Shown: one piece after another, positions 1 to 8,464 of the stretch
Layout of the letters: each line of letters starts with the position of its first letter
How positions within the stretch are numbered: position 1 is the first letter of the stretch
From: Candidatus Syntropharchaeum caldarium
Lineage (GTDB): Archaea; Halobacteriota; Syntropharchaeia; Syntropharchaeales; Syntropharchaeaceae
Assembly: GCA_001766815.1 (NCBI GenBank)
Contig: LYOS01000002.1
Location: forward strand, 378,802 to 410,801
Length of the DNA stretch: 32,000 nucleotides
Direction of reading: 5' to 3'
Position numbers and translations under genes: made by a program
The notes under the pieces: generated by a model
What the model saw: only the letters and a program-made list of their open reading frames with translations
What the model was told of the DNA's origin: nothing
Databases searched by the model: none

Positions 1-429
1 TCCTTTTCCATCTCAACTCTGGACGAGAAATTGGCAAAAATTCTTGAACCGGGAGCTCCTAAACCTATAGAGAGATTGGATGCGATGAAAAGATGTAAAG
101 AGAGGGGATTTTTTACTGGAATATGTTTTATTCCCGTTTTGCCATTTTTATCAGATTCTGAGGAACAAGTTGAGGAAACGATAAAAACTGTGAAGGAATA
201 TGGAGCAGATTTCATTTTTGTTGGTGGCTTAACTTTATTTGGTAAGGGGCCAGCGGATTGTAAGACTCTTTATTATAAATTCTTGGAAAAATATCATCCT
301 GAGCTTGTGCCAAAATATAAGAGTTTATACAGAATCTTTTTTGCACCATCAAAAGAATATCAAAAAGAGCTTGAAGAAAAATCAAGGAGGTTGTGTGAGA
401 GATATGGAATTAAAAATGGGATTATCTAA
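1..429 (+). CDS. radical SAM family protein, C-terminal fragment (5' end lies left of the window)
   Basis: The frame is open from nt 1 (SFSISTLDEK precedes the ORF-track TTG at 31). The sequence ...EPGAPKPIERLDAMKRCKERGFFTGICFIPVLPFLSD...GADFIFVGGLTL resembles the C-terminal barrel half of SplB/COG1533-type radical SAM proteins. The CxxxCxxC motif would lie upstream and is not visible, so the family call is from recollection only. Confidence 0.5.
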   Translation, partial: SFSISTLDEKLAKILEPGAPKPIERLDAMKRCKERGFFTGICFIPVLPFLSDSEEQVEETIKTVKEYGADFIFVGGLTLFGKGPADCKTLYYKFLEKYHPELVPKYKSLYRIFFAPSKEYQKELEEKSRRLCERYGIKNGII

Positions 430-474
430 TGACGGTTTTGGGGCGGAACGCTTCGTCGCTTCGCTCCTCGCCCT

Positions 475-577
475 CACTTCGTTCGGGTCATATAACACGG
501 GCTATACGGCTCACTCCGTTCGCCCAAATTTCGCCTTACGGCGAAACTTCACATATCCCCAAAACGTTAAGTGAAAT
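475..577. repeat. structured intergenic repeat, copy 1 (left flank of MNT/HepT cassette)
   Basis: The left arm cacttcgttcgggtcatataaca (475-497) and right arm atatccccaaaacgttaagtgaaat (553-577) recur at 1353-1377 and 1398-1422. The central part differs but contains a perfect hairpin, ttcgcc-ttac-ggcgaa (531-546). A 9-nt inverted repeat, gttttgggg (435-443) / ccccaaaac (557-565), also brackets it. Confidence 0.5.
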
Positions 578-639
578 ACCCAAGCCCGCCTTGGGAAAGG
601 ATTTAAAAGTTGAAGCAAAACAATAAAACTGGGTACGAT

Positions 640-948
640 ATGATAAAAGATATATCAGTTGATGAAATAAAAAGAACTCTTAAAAAATATAAAAGTGAGC
701 TAAAAGAGAAATTCGGAGTTAAAGAGATTGGTGTGTTTGGCTCCTATGTAAGAAGAGAACAGAAAAAAGGCAGTGATATTGACATCCTCGTTGAATTTCA
801 TCCAGATACTGAGATGGACTTAATAAAATTTGTTGAACTCGAAGAATATCTATCTAAACTATTAGGAATAAAAGTTGATCTGGTAATGAAATCTGCTCTT
901 AAACCACGGATAGGAAAGCGGATATTGAAAGAGGTAGTTTATATATGA
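640..948 (+). CDS. mntA: MNT-type nucleotidyltransferase, antitoxin partner of HepT
   Basis: It has the Pol-beta-type NTase signature GVFGSYVRREQKKGSDIDILVEF (GS...DxD). The ATG at 640 is preferred over the ORF-track start at 610. Its stop overlaps the HepT ATG as ATGA (945-948), which is typical TA coupling. Confidence 0.85.
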   Translation: MIKDISVDEIKRTLKKYKSELKEKFGVKEIGVFGSYVRREQKKGSDIDILVEFHPDTEMDLIKFVELEEYLSKLLGIKVDLVMKSALKPRIGKRILKEVVYI

Positions 949-1312
949 AAAGAGAAGCCGGCGACTTTATTGAAGATATTATCAATGATCATATCAATGA
1001 TCAATGCGATGAATAAAGCGTTAAAGTTTGTTGAGGGGATGTCTTATGAAGAGTTTGCCAAAGATGACAAAACCGTTTTTGCTGTTATTAGAGCTATTGA
1101 AATAATCGGAGAGGCTGTAAAAAAATATACCCGAAGATATAAGGAAAGAGTATCCCGAAATTCCCTGGAAGGGGATGGCTGGGATGAGAGACAAAGTTAT
1201 TCACGGGTATTTTGGAGTAGATATCAAAGTTGTGTGGGATACTGTTACAAAGAGAATTCCGGGACTTAAACCACTGGTTGAGAAGATGTTAGAAGAGCTG
1301 GAGGAGAAATAG
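945..1312 (+). pseudogene. hepT: HepT (HEPN/DUF86) RNase toxin, disrupted by two +1 frameshifts
   Basis: Three frame segments carry the gene. 945-1016 gives MKREAGDFIEDIIND...*. 970-1125 gives ...NAMNKALKFVEGMSYEEFAKDDKTVFAVIRAIEIIGEAVK. 1127-1312 gives [61 protein letters not shown], containing the Rx4H HEPN motif. Break 1 is a 19-nt slippage-like insertion of atcaatg units (988-1006). Break 2 is an extra A in an A7 run (1119-1125). Removing both restores one ~115-aa DUF86 ORF. Confidence 0.8.
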
Positions 1313-1352
1313 ATCTGACGTTAGGCAGACTCGGGCACTCTGCAGTGCTTCG

Positions 1353-1422
1353 CACTTGCCTTTCGGGTCATATAACAAGCGGAATATCTGGCTTCAGATA
1401 TCCACCAACCCTTAACTGAAAT
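1353..1422. repeat. structured intergenic repeat, copy 2 (right flank of MNT/HepT cassette)
   Basis: It has the same conserved arms as 475-577 (cacttgcctttcgggtcatataaca ... atatccaccaacccttaactgaaat). The centre is shorter and different but again forms a hairpin (atatct-ggcttc-agatat, 1384-1401). Confidence 0.5.
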
Positions 1423-1491
1423 GCTGTGCCTGAGAAAGACAAAAAGGATGGGCAAGGAAACTTTATAGCTGGAAAGGGGTTTAACATAACT

Positions 1492-2187
1492 ATGATAAAG
1501 ATCATTACCATTTGTTTACCACTACCTTATAAGTTAGGTACCGTAAATTGCTACCTCATAGAAACCGACATCGGCTATATTCTGATCGACACAGGGTGCT
1601 CAAATAAGCGCACCGAGCTTGAAAAAGAACTTGAAAGAGCGGGGTGTAAACCCGGCAATCTCAAACTCATCGTTTTAACCCATGGAGATTTTGACCACAC
1701 AGGTAATGCAGCTCATCTCCGTGAAAAGTTCGGTGCAAGGATAGCGATGCATCATGATGATTCGGGAATGAGCGAACGTGGAGACATGTTCTGGAACAGA
1801 AGAAAAGGCAATATTCTCCTTGGAATGATAGCTCGTATCCTGTTCAGATTTGGCAAAAAGGAAAGATTCAAACCAGATTTATATATTGATGAGGGATACG
1901 ATCTCTCTGAATACGGACTCGATGCAAAAGTTCTTCATATTCCAGGCCACTCAAAAGGTTCAATAGGAATCCTGACAGCCAATGGCGACCTGTTTTGCGG
2001 AGATTTGCTTGAAAATAAAGACAAACCAGTTCTCAGCTCTATTATGGACGACTTAACAACGGCAAATGCCAGTGTTGAGAAACTGAAAAGATTGGAAATA
2101 AAAACTGTTTATCTAGGGCATGGAAAGCCCTTCCCGATGGAACTGTTTATGAAACATCACCGAAAAAGGGATAAAGAGGAAAATTAA
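1492..2187 (+). CDS. MBL-fold metallo-hydrolase
   Basis: The N-terminus VNCYLIETDIGYILIDTG, the motif LTHGDFDHTG (a variant H-x-D-x-D-H of HxHxDH), a later HIPGHSKG and a C-terminal GHG all fit the fold. The ATG at 1492 is preferred over the GTG at 1426. Confidence 0.8.
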   Translation: MIKIITICLPLPYKLGTVNCYLIETDIGYILIDTGCSNKRTELEKELERAGCKPGNLKLIVLTHGDFDHTGNAAHLREKFGARIAMHHDDSGMSERGDMFWNRRKGNILLGMIARILFRFGKKERFKPDLYIDEGYDLSEYGLDAKVLHIPGHSKGSIGILTANGDLFCGDLLENKDKPVLSSIMDDLTTANASVEKLKRLEIKTVYLGHGKPFPMELFMKHHRKRDKEEN

Positions 2188-2937
2188 ATGTCTCAATTAA
2201 AACAAAATCCGCTTATTGGTGTCGAAACTGCAAATTCCAGCTGGAATTGGCTCTACAGAGTCGCAGGAGTGGCTGCCCTGATCTCATTAGTGATTATCCC
2301 GATCCAGGTCATCATCTTCATCGTCTCGCCGCCACCAACCACTGCAATCGGTTGGTTCACCCTGTTTCAAAACAATAAGCTCCTGGGGCTCCTGGCTTTT
2401 GAACTCTTGATTATTGTCAGCAATGCTCTTGCGATTCCGATATATCTCGCATTCTACGCCGCCCTCAGACGAGTCAGTGAATCTTTCATGGCCATCGCCA
2501 CGGTCATCGGCTTGGTGGGGATTGTGGCTTCCTTCGTAGCGAGACCCGCCTTCGAAATGCTTTACCTCAGCGACCAATACGCGGCTGCCACAACAGATTC
2601 GCAATCCATGTTCCTGGCAGCAGGGGAGGTTATGATTGCCATGTCCAAGGGCACTGCTTCTCATTTGAGTTACATCTTCGCGGCCTTAGCCCCTCTGATA
2701 ATCTCGGTTGTCATGCTGCGGAGCAATATCTTCAGCAAGGCAACTGCTTATATTGGAATTCTGGCAAATGTGATTGCATTGGGCTTTTACGTGCCAGAGA
2801 TAGGCATCATTTTTGGAATCATTTCTGTCTGCCCGTTTTTGATGATATGGGAGATCCTGATTGCCCGAAGGTTCTTCCAGTTAGGGCGCGGTATCTCTAA
2901 AGAGGAGGCAAATCGGATTGGAGGTATGTCTCGATGA
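2188..2937 (+). CDS. polytopic integral membrane protein (about 6 hydrophobic spans), function unknown
   Basis: The ORF has repeated 20-aa hydrophobic stretches. It abuts the upstream stop, and its own stop overlaps the next start as ATGA, which suggests an operon with the MBL and flavodoxin-like genes. Confidence 0.6.
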   Translation: MSQLKQNPLIGVETANSSWNWLYRVAGVAALISLVIIPIQVIIFIVSPPPTTAIGWFTLFQNNKLLGLLAFELLIIVSNALAIPIYLAFYAALRRVSESFMAIATVIGLVGIVASFVARPAFEMLYLSDQYAAATTDSQSMFLAAGEVMIAMSKGTASHLSYIFAALAPLIISVVMLRSNIFSKATAYIGILANVIALGFYVPEIGIIFGIISVCPFLMIWEILIARRFFQLGRGISKEEANRIGGMSR

Positions 2938-3416
2938 AAGCATTGGTAATTTACGATTCGGTTTTTGGCAATACAGAGCAAATAGCCCAAGTGATTGGTA
3001 ACGCGATGGGTTCCCAAGCAGAGGTCAACATACTTCGTGTGGGTAATGTGAAGCCAGAACATTTGACAGGTTTGGACGTGCTCATCGTCGGCTCTCCTAC
3101 CCGGGGATTCAAACCTACAAAAGCGATTACAAATTTTCTGAAAAGAATTCCAAAAAATGGTCTAAAAGGTGTCAAGGTAGCTGCATTTGATACCAGGTTT
3201 ACAATGAGTGCTATAGAAGAATCACGCGTGTTACCATTTTTTGTAAGATTATTTGGCTATGCCGCCAAGCCGATCTCAGACAGACTCAAGAAAAAAGGGG
3301 GAGAATTGATCATCCCTCCTGAAGGGTTCTTTGTAGAAGGGGTAGAAGGTCCACTGAAAGAAGGCGAACTTGAACGAGCTGCGGATTGGGCAAAGCAAAT
3401 CATAGCAACACAATAA
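2934..3416 (+). CDS. flavodoxin-like protein
   Basis: The N-terminal MKALVIYDSVFGNTEQIAQ is an FMN phosphate-binding loop of the S/T-x-x-G-N-T type. It is followed by LIVGSPTRG and VAAFDT strands. Confidence 0.7.
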   Translation: MKALVIYDSVFGNTEQIAQVIGNAMGSQAEVNILRVGNVKPEHLTGLDVLIVGSPTRGFKPTKAITNFLKRIPKNGLKGVKVAAFDTRFTMSAIEESRVLPFFVRLFGYAAKPISDRLKKKGGELIIPPEGFFVEGVEGPLKEGELERAADWAKQIIATQ

Positions 3417-3432
3417 ATCGCCCAACAACCGC

Positions 3433-3804
3433 ATGGAGCTGACACTCGAAGATGTTAAAGAAGTCGACCTTGAAAAGTTAGCGGATTGTTATGCAATGTT
3501 GATAGGGTTGCCAAATCATTGGGGTGGGCCTTCTCGAACTATTAGAAAGTTTATTGATAAGCTTGACAAACTTGACTTGAAGGCGAAGTGGTTCGCTGTT
3601 TTCGATACCTATCTTGGGGGAGATTTCGAGAAGGCTGTGAAGAAAATGGAGAAGAGAATAGGCGAAAAGATTCCTAGCCTGAAGCTAATAACTTCTGGCT
3701 TATCCATAAAGGTTGAGGGAATGAAGAGTCCTGTCATAGAAGAAGAGTATCTCAGGTGCAAGGATTTCGGAAAGAAAATAGCGAATCAACTTCTGAGGTG
3801 TTAA
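3433..3804 (+). CDS. flavodoxin-like paralog lacking the N-terminal FMN-phosphate loop
   Basis: AMLIGLPNHWGGP...KWFAVFDTYLGG aligns with the middle and C-terminal strands of the preceding gene. The first strand and the GNT loop have no counterpart, and only 16 nt separate it from the upstream stop. Confidence 0.5.
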   Translation: MELTLEDVKEVDLEKLADCYAMLIGLPNHWGGPSRTIRKFIDKLDKLDLKAKWFAVFDTYLGGDFEKAVKKMEKRIGEKIPSLKLITSGLSIKVEGMKSPVIEEEYLRCKDFGKKIANQLLRC

Positions 3805-3805
3805 A

Positions 3806-4210
3806 ATGGGAATAAAGATATATCTATATGCTCTTGGGATTTGGCTCATATTTGTTGCTGCGGGTATCTTGAACGGAGTATTTAGGGAGTCATTTATCAC
3901 ACCTAAGATAGGAGAACATACAGGTCACATTATCAGCACAGTCATTCTTATCTGTGTTATCTTAGCGGTGACGTATCTATTTATCAGCAATTTGAAAATC
4001 AACTACACTAAGACAGACCTGCTTTTGATTGGTATGTTTTGGACTATATTAACCATTTTGTTTGAATTTGGCTTCGGTCACTATGTTATAGGTCATTCAT
4101 GGAGTAAGTTATTTGCAGATTACAACATCCTTAAAGGGAGAGTATGGAGTCTTGTATTATTAACTACGTTCATCGCACCATTGTTAATTGGCTACATTCT
4201 GAAGAGGTAG
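3806..4210 (+). CDS. small membrane protein (about 4 TM), function unknown
   Basis: The hydrophobic segments are regularly spaced. The start lies 1 nt after the previous stop. Confidence 0.55.
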   Translation: MGIKIYLYALGIWLIFVAAGILNGVFRESFITPKIGEHTGHIISTVILICVILAVTYLFISNLKINYTKTDLLLIGMFWTILTILFEFGFGHYVIGHSWSKLFADYNILKGRVWSLVLLTTFIAPLLIGYILKR

Positions 4211-4364
4211 GTTTGGAGAATATGAAAGTTAAAAGAGGCGGGTGTTCAATATCGCCTAACAGAACATAAAAGGTATACGCTGTGTCTGTGGGCTAACCTA
4301 ATTTCTGCCTCACAAAAACTGCTTAATATCATGGTCTTTCCAGAGATAAATCATAAAGAAAGTT

Positions 4365-5723
4365 TCACCCCCTCCTGAACGCTTCCATCGCTTCTCTAAA
4401 TCTTACAACAGACTCAGGATCTGATGCAAAGTGGAGATGCATGTACGAAGCAAGTGTTCCGCCCTGGATGATCCCATCATGTTTGCCATCGATCCCATTT
4501 CCCCGTAGCATCCTGTATGCAAACCGCAAATCTTCCGGCGGATCATGAACCGCTGTATAGTGAAACTCATGACCCAGTACACGCTTTCCTTTTGCAAATA
4601 ATACTGAGTCGTTTATCGTCTCTGCAACCGTGAACTTGACGTGCCTTCCATTCATACCCGACTCAATCGGCAGGAAACCAACCCCTCTCGATCCAGCGAG
4701 TTTTTTTCCGAGATAAATTAAACCACCACACTCTGCAATTGTCGGGATTCCATCATCAAGCACTCTCTGCAGGTCTTTAAGCATACTCTCATTTCTTGAA
4801 AGCTCTTTTGCGAATACCTCAGGGTAGCCCCCTCCAATATAAAGCCCATCAAGTTGGGGAAGTCTTTTGTCACTCAGTGGGCTGAAAAATACAGGTTCAC
4901 AGCCGTTTATGCGCAGAAGGTCGAGCGAATCCTCGTAATAGAAGTTGAAGGCATCGTCGTATGCAACCCCCACCCTGAAGATACCATCACCAATGCCCTC
5001 TTGCCTTAAAAAAACCACAGGGGCTTCCGTCTCTATTTCTGGAGCACTCTCTGCGATCTCAAGGATTCTGTCAAGATCTACGTACGTCTCGATAACAGAG
5101 CGAATCCCCTCAAGCTCAATTCCTGACTCAACCATCGGAATAAGTCCAAGATGTCTGTCACAGATCTCCATCTCTTCGGATCTGGGGATTGCACCAATCA
5201 CACTGACCCCTGCGAGATCCTCGACCGCGGTAACCACCTTCTTTCTGTGCTCCTCGCCGGCGATATTGTTCAGGATTACACCTTTTATCATAACCTCACG
5301 ATCAAAGGATTTAAACCCGTGAACGATCGCTGCGGCGCTCTTTGTAATACTCTTTGCATTCACGATCAGGATTACGGGGGCTTTCAGGATCTTTGCAATA
5401 TGCGCTGTGCTCCCCTCTTCCTGATGTATCGAGATCCCCTCAAATAACCCTCTTACACCTTCGATGATCGATAAATCCTTGCTGGTGCTGTTTCGAAAGA
5501 AGATCTCTTTTATTGTCGCTGGTGTCATCAGCACACTGTCAATATTTCGAGATGAATGCCCTGTTGCCTTGCGGTGGTATCCGGGATCGATATAATCAGG
5601 TCCGACCTTATAACCCTGGACATCAAAACCACGCCCTGTCAGGGCTGACATCACGCCTGTTGTGATTGTGGTCTTCCCGACGCCGCTACCCGATCCTGCA
5701 AATATGATTCTTGGAAATTTCAT
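4365..5723 (-). CDS. cbiA: cobyrinate / Ni-sirohydrochlorin a,c-diamide synthase (CbiA/CfbB family)
   Basis: The N-terminal P-loop is AGSGSGVGKTTIT. The C-terminal glutaminase domain carries the nucleophile in IAECGGLIYLG and HEFHY. At 452 aa the length is typical. I cannot discriminate the cobalamin (CbiA) from the F430 (CfbB) paralog from sequence alone. Confidence 0.85.
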   Translation of the reverse strand: MKFPRIIFAGSGSGVGKTTITTGVMSALTGRGFDVQGYKVGPDYIDPGYHRKATGHSSRNIDSVLMTPATIKEIFFRNSTSKDLSIIEGVRGLFEGISIHQEEGSTAHIAKILKAPVILIVNAKSITKSAAAIVHGFKSFDREVMIKGVILNNIAGEEHRKKVVTAVEDLAGVSVIGAIPRSEEMEICDRHLGLIPMVESGIELEGIRSVIETYVDLDRILEIAESAPEIETEAPVVFLRQEGIGDGIFRVGVAYDDAFNFYYEDSLDLLRINGCEPVFFSPLSDKRLPQLDGLYIGGGYPEVFAKELSRNESMLKDLQRVLDDGIPTIAECGGLIYLGKKLAGSRGVGFLPIESGMNGRHVKFTVAETINDSVLFAKGKRVLGHEFHYTAVHDPPEDLRFAYRMLRGNGIDGKHDGIIQGGTLASYMHLHFASDPESVVRFREAMEAFRRG

Positions 5724-5730
5724 CTGCTTT

Positions 5731-6078
5731 TCAGCCTATATAGGTCAGATCCTCCTTCTTTTCTGCCCCTCCGTCCTCTGCATCTTTCTGTGCCACGCCA
5801 GGCACATTTATGGTACCGAACTTCCGCTCATAGTTCGCAACATTCTCTTTGAACGCCTGTAAGAAGACCTTTGCATGATTCGGGCTGAGTTTTATCCTTG
5901 TGAGTACCTCGAAAGTTTCCTTCTCAGGTATAAAGACTCCGAAGTCGATCGTAAAGTCATGGAGGCTGTTTGAGATCCTTGCAACATTTGAATAGATCCC
6001 TTCAAGCTTATCTTCCGATATATTGAACTTAATCGAACTGATATCTGATTTACCCTTTAGTAGTTTATTTCCCATCAA
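5731..6078 (-). CDS. DUF3467-like small protein
   Basis: YSNVARISNSLHDFTIDFGV...IKLSPNHAKVFLQAFKENVANYERKFG matches my recollection of the DUF3467 pattern. It overlaps the gatD stop by 4 nt and ends 8 nt before the cbiA start, so it sits in the operon. Confidence 0.6.
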   Translation of the reverse strand: MMGNKLLKGKSDISSIKFNISEDKLEGIYSNVARISNSLHDFTIDFGVFIPEKETFEVLTRIKLSPNHAKVFLQAFKENVANYERKFGTINVPGVAQKDAEDGGAEKKEDLTYIG

Positions 6079-7328
6079 AACCCACCTATAACATCTGTTG
6101 AATCTGTGATTTCACCAACTATATTGGTTTTCATCATATCTTTAATCTTATCTGGATCTTTTTCTCGATTCAGAAGCCACATAAGCTTTATAAGTGCAAC
6201 TTCAGGAAGCATATCCTCCCCTTCAATTACACCAAGCTTGAGAAGGTCGCGGCCTGTATCATAGACCCTGTCACATACCCTGCCATAGAGACACTGTGAG
6301 GTCATAACCACGATAACACCAGCATCAATGAGGTGTCCTATCGCATCAAACCAGGTGCTCGATGTATGACCAAGCCCTGTCCCTTCGATCACAACGCCTC
6401 TGTAACCTCGTTCCCTGTAAAAGTCGAGGATTTCTGGGTCTGCACCAGGATAGAACTTGACAAGTGCAACTCGCTCTTCTAAACCATCATAGAGTGCTAA
6501 AGCCACCTCTCCCCGTTTTGTATGTGATTCTTCTATCTCAATTTTGAGGTCTGGATAACTCACCTTTCCTATCGGATTTACATTGATCGATCTGAACGCA
6601 TCCCTGCGTGATGTGTGCATCTTTCGAACCTTGACGCCCCTGTGGATCAAACAAAGATCATCAGAGGTTGAGCCGTGCATCACACAGACAACCTCTGCAA
6701 TATCTGAGGTTGCAACCTTCGCGGCGGCAAGCGCATTCATCACATTATCGCTCGATGGTCTGTCTGCACTGCGCTGTGAGCCCACGAGTACGATCGGAAC
6801 AGGAGTTCGCACCATGAATGCAAGCGCAGCGGCTGTGAATCCAAGCGTATCTGTTCCATGTGTTATGATGATTCCTTCTGCACCATCTTTGATCTTCTCA
6901 TAAACCCGTCTTGCAAGCTCAATCCAGTAAGAAACCTGCATATTCTCGCTCAGGATGTTGTAAACAACCTCTGCATCGAAATTTGCGATTTTTTCAAGCT
7001 CTGGAATCGCCTGAAGGATCTCACTTGCAGTAAACTGGCTTGTAACCGCACCGGTTCTGTAGTCCACTCTGCATGCGATCGTACCGCCTGTCGAGAGGAT
7101 AACAAGATTTGGAAGCGATGAGTCGCGATGATACTCATATTGCTGCGCGTTCTCAGCCTTTTCAACCTCTCGCGACTCAAGTATCTTCACCCGGTCCTTC
7201 TTAAGACCGATATTATACCCATTTGAAAGCTTGATCACAAGATGATCAGTGGCACCTGGCAGGAGTGTACCTTCATAGATTTTTCCTCCACGTTCCAGGC
7301 GCACCCATGATCCCTCTTCAATCTTCAT
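6075..7328 (-). CDS. gatD: Glu-tRNA(Gln) amidotransferase subunit D
   Basis: An archaeal GatD N-terminal domain is followed by an asparaginase-type core (LSTGGTIA, HGTDT). The length is 417 aa. Confidence 0.9.
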   Translation of the reverse strand: MKIEEGSWVRLERGGKIYEGTLLPGATDHLVIKLSNGYNIGLKKDRVKILESREVEKAENAQQYEYHRDSSLPNLVILSTGGTIACRVDYRTGAVTSQFTASEILQAIPELEKIANFDAEVVYNILSENMQVSYWIELARRVYEKIKDGAEGIIITHGTDTLGFTAAALAFMVRTPVPIVLVGSQRSADRPSSDNVMNALAAAKVATSDIAEVVCVMHGSTSDDLCLIHRGVKVRKMHTSRRDAFRSINVNPIGKVSYPDLKIEIEESHTKRGEVALALYDGLEERVALVKFYPGADPEILDFYRERGYRGVVIEGTGLGHTSSTWFDAIGHLIDAGVIVVMTSQCLYGRVCDRVYDTGRDLLKLGVIEGEDMLPEVALIKLMWLLNREKDPDKIKDMMKTNIVGEITDSTDVIGGF

Positions 7329-8464
7329 TCTCTGAGTCTCTTCCAGATTTCATCTCCCCTGGTCAATCCTTCATATCCTCTTGCCATCATCAGTGCATCT
7401 GTTATCGCGATCATGACCATCGCCTCTGCTACAGGGTAGATTCTTGGACAGATCGTGGCATCTCGCCTTGTTATCGGCGCCAGGGTCGTCTCCTCCATCT
7501 TCCTGATATCTACCGTCTTCTGCGGAAGTGAGATCGTTGGTGTGGGTTTCACGGCAATCCTCACAACAATATCCTCTCCATTTGATATTCCGCCGGAGAA
7601 GCCGCCAGAGTTGTTCGTTCTGAACCTCACCCTTCCTTCATCGTCTATGTATGGGAGATCGTTACACTCAGATCCCTTCATCCGTGCTGCTTCAAAGCCT
7701 GCACCAACCTCAACGCCTGTAACCGCACCGATTGACATAAGCCCGTGTGCGATCGTTGCCCTGAGCTTATCAAATACAGGTTCGCCAAGCCCTGGTGGCA
7801 CACCCCTTGCAATGACCTCGATGATCCCACCGCATGTATCACCCTCGTCTTTGACCTCAAGAATCTTCTCGATCATACGTTCGGCAGCCTCAAGATCGGG
7901 GCAGTTGAGTTCGTTCTTTCGGTAATTTGCTTTGATCTCCTCGAAGGTCATCTCTTTTGCCCTTATCCCATAGCTCTCCTTGACATAACCGATCACCTCG
8001 ATTCCTTCCTGAAGCAGGATCTGCTTTGCAACGGCTCCACCTGCGACCCTTCCAACCGTCTCCCTGCCGCTTGCCCTTCCTGCACCACACCAGTCTGCAT
8101 ACCCGCCATACTTGACAAAGAATGTATACTCTGCATGTCCAGGGCGGATCTCATCCTTGTAATCACGGTACTGCTGGATGTGAATATCCTGCGTATCCAC
8201 GTTGTAAACGAGAAGCCCCACCGGTGCACCCGATGTGTACCCTTCCTGATTCATGCCTGCAACGATCTCGACCTGATCTGTCTCCTTACGGGGTGAGTCG
8301 AGTTCACTCTGACCTGGACGTCGCTTATCAAGCTCCTCCTGAATCATTTCGTTGGTAAGTTTAAGCCCTGGTGGAACACCATCAACGATGGTAAAAAGTG
8401 CTCTGCCATAGGATTCACCGCATGTTGTAACCCTGAACATCCTTCCGAATGTGTTTCCAAGCAT
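7325..8464 (-). CDS. aroC: chorismate synthase
   Basis: MLGNTFGRMFRVTTCGES.G...DGVPPG and RPGHAE motifs run over the full length of 379 aa. A GGAGG sits upstream. Signature 1 reads GESYG instead of GESHG (see findings). Confidence 0.95.
   Translation of the reverse strand: MLGNTFGRMFRVTTCGESYGRALFTIVDGVPPGLKLTNEMIQEELDKRRPGQSELDSPRKETDQVEIVAGMNQEGYTSGAPVGLLVYNVDTQDIHIQQYRDYKDEIRPGHAEYTFFVKYGGYADWCGAGRASGRETVGRVAGGAVAKQILLQEGIEVIGYVKESYGIRAKEMTFEEIKANYRKNELNCPDLEAAERMIEKILEVKDEGDTCGGIIEVIARGVPPGLGEPVFDKLRATIAHGLMSIGAVTGVEVGAGFEAARMKGSECNDLPYIDDEGRVRFRTNNSGGFSGGISNGEDIVVRIAVKPTPTISLPQKTVDIRKMEETTLAPITRRDATICPRIYPVAEAMVMIAITDALMMARGYEGLTRGDEIWKRLRE

Noticed and set aside
553-577. The TA-flanking repeats interpreted as bona fide integron attC sites.
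   Set aside because: Only copy 1 has a GTTRRRY-type core (GTTAAGT). Copy 2 reads CTTAACT. I could not identify a matching RYYYAAC inverse core, and no intI-like gene is in the window. I kept this only as a hypothesis to test, not as a call.
239-626. ORF-track entries 239-574 and 429-626 across the first intergenic region.
   Set aside because: They overlap the radical-SAM 3' end or run through the structured repeat. Their composition is Ser/Arg/Leu-rich with no coding signal. The region is better explained as a non-coding repeat.
7455-8296. Long plus-strand ORFs (156 and 183 aa) inside aroC. Similar antisense ORFs lie inside cbiA, gatD, cooS, hemC, hemL and kae1.
   Set aside because: They are antisense to well-supported conserved genes. 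Their products are low-complexity or Ser/Pro/Arg-rich, as is typical of shadow ORFs.
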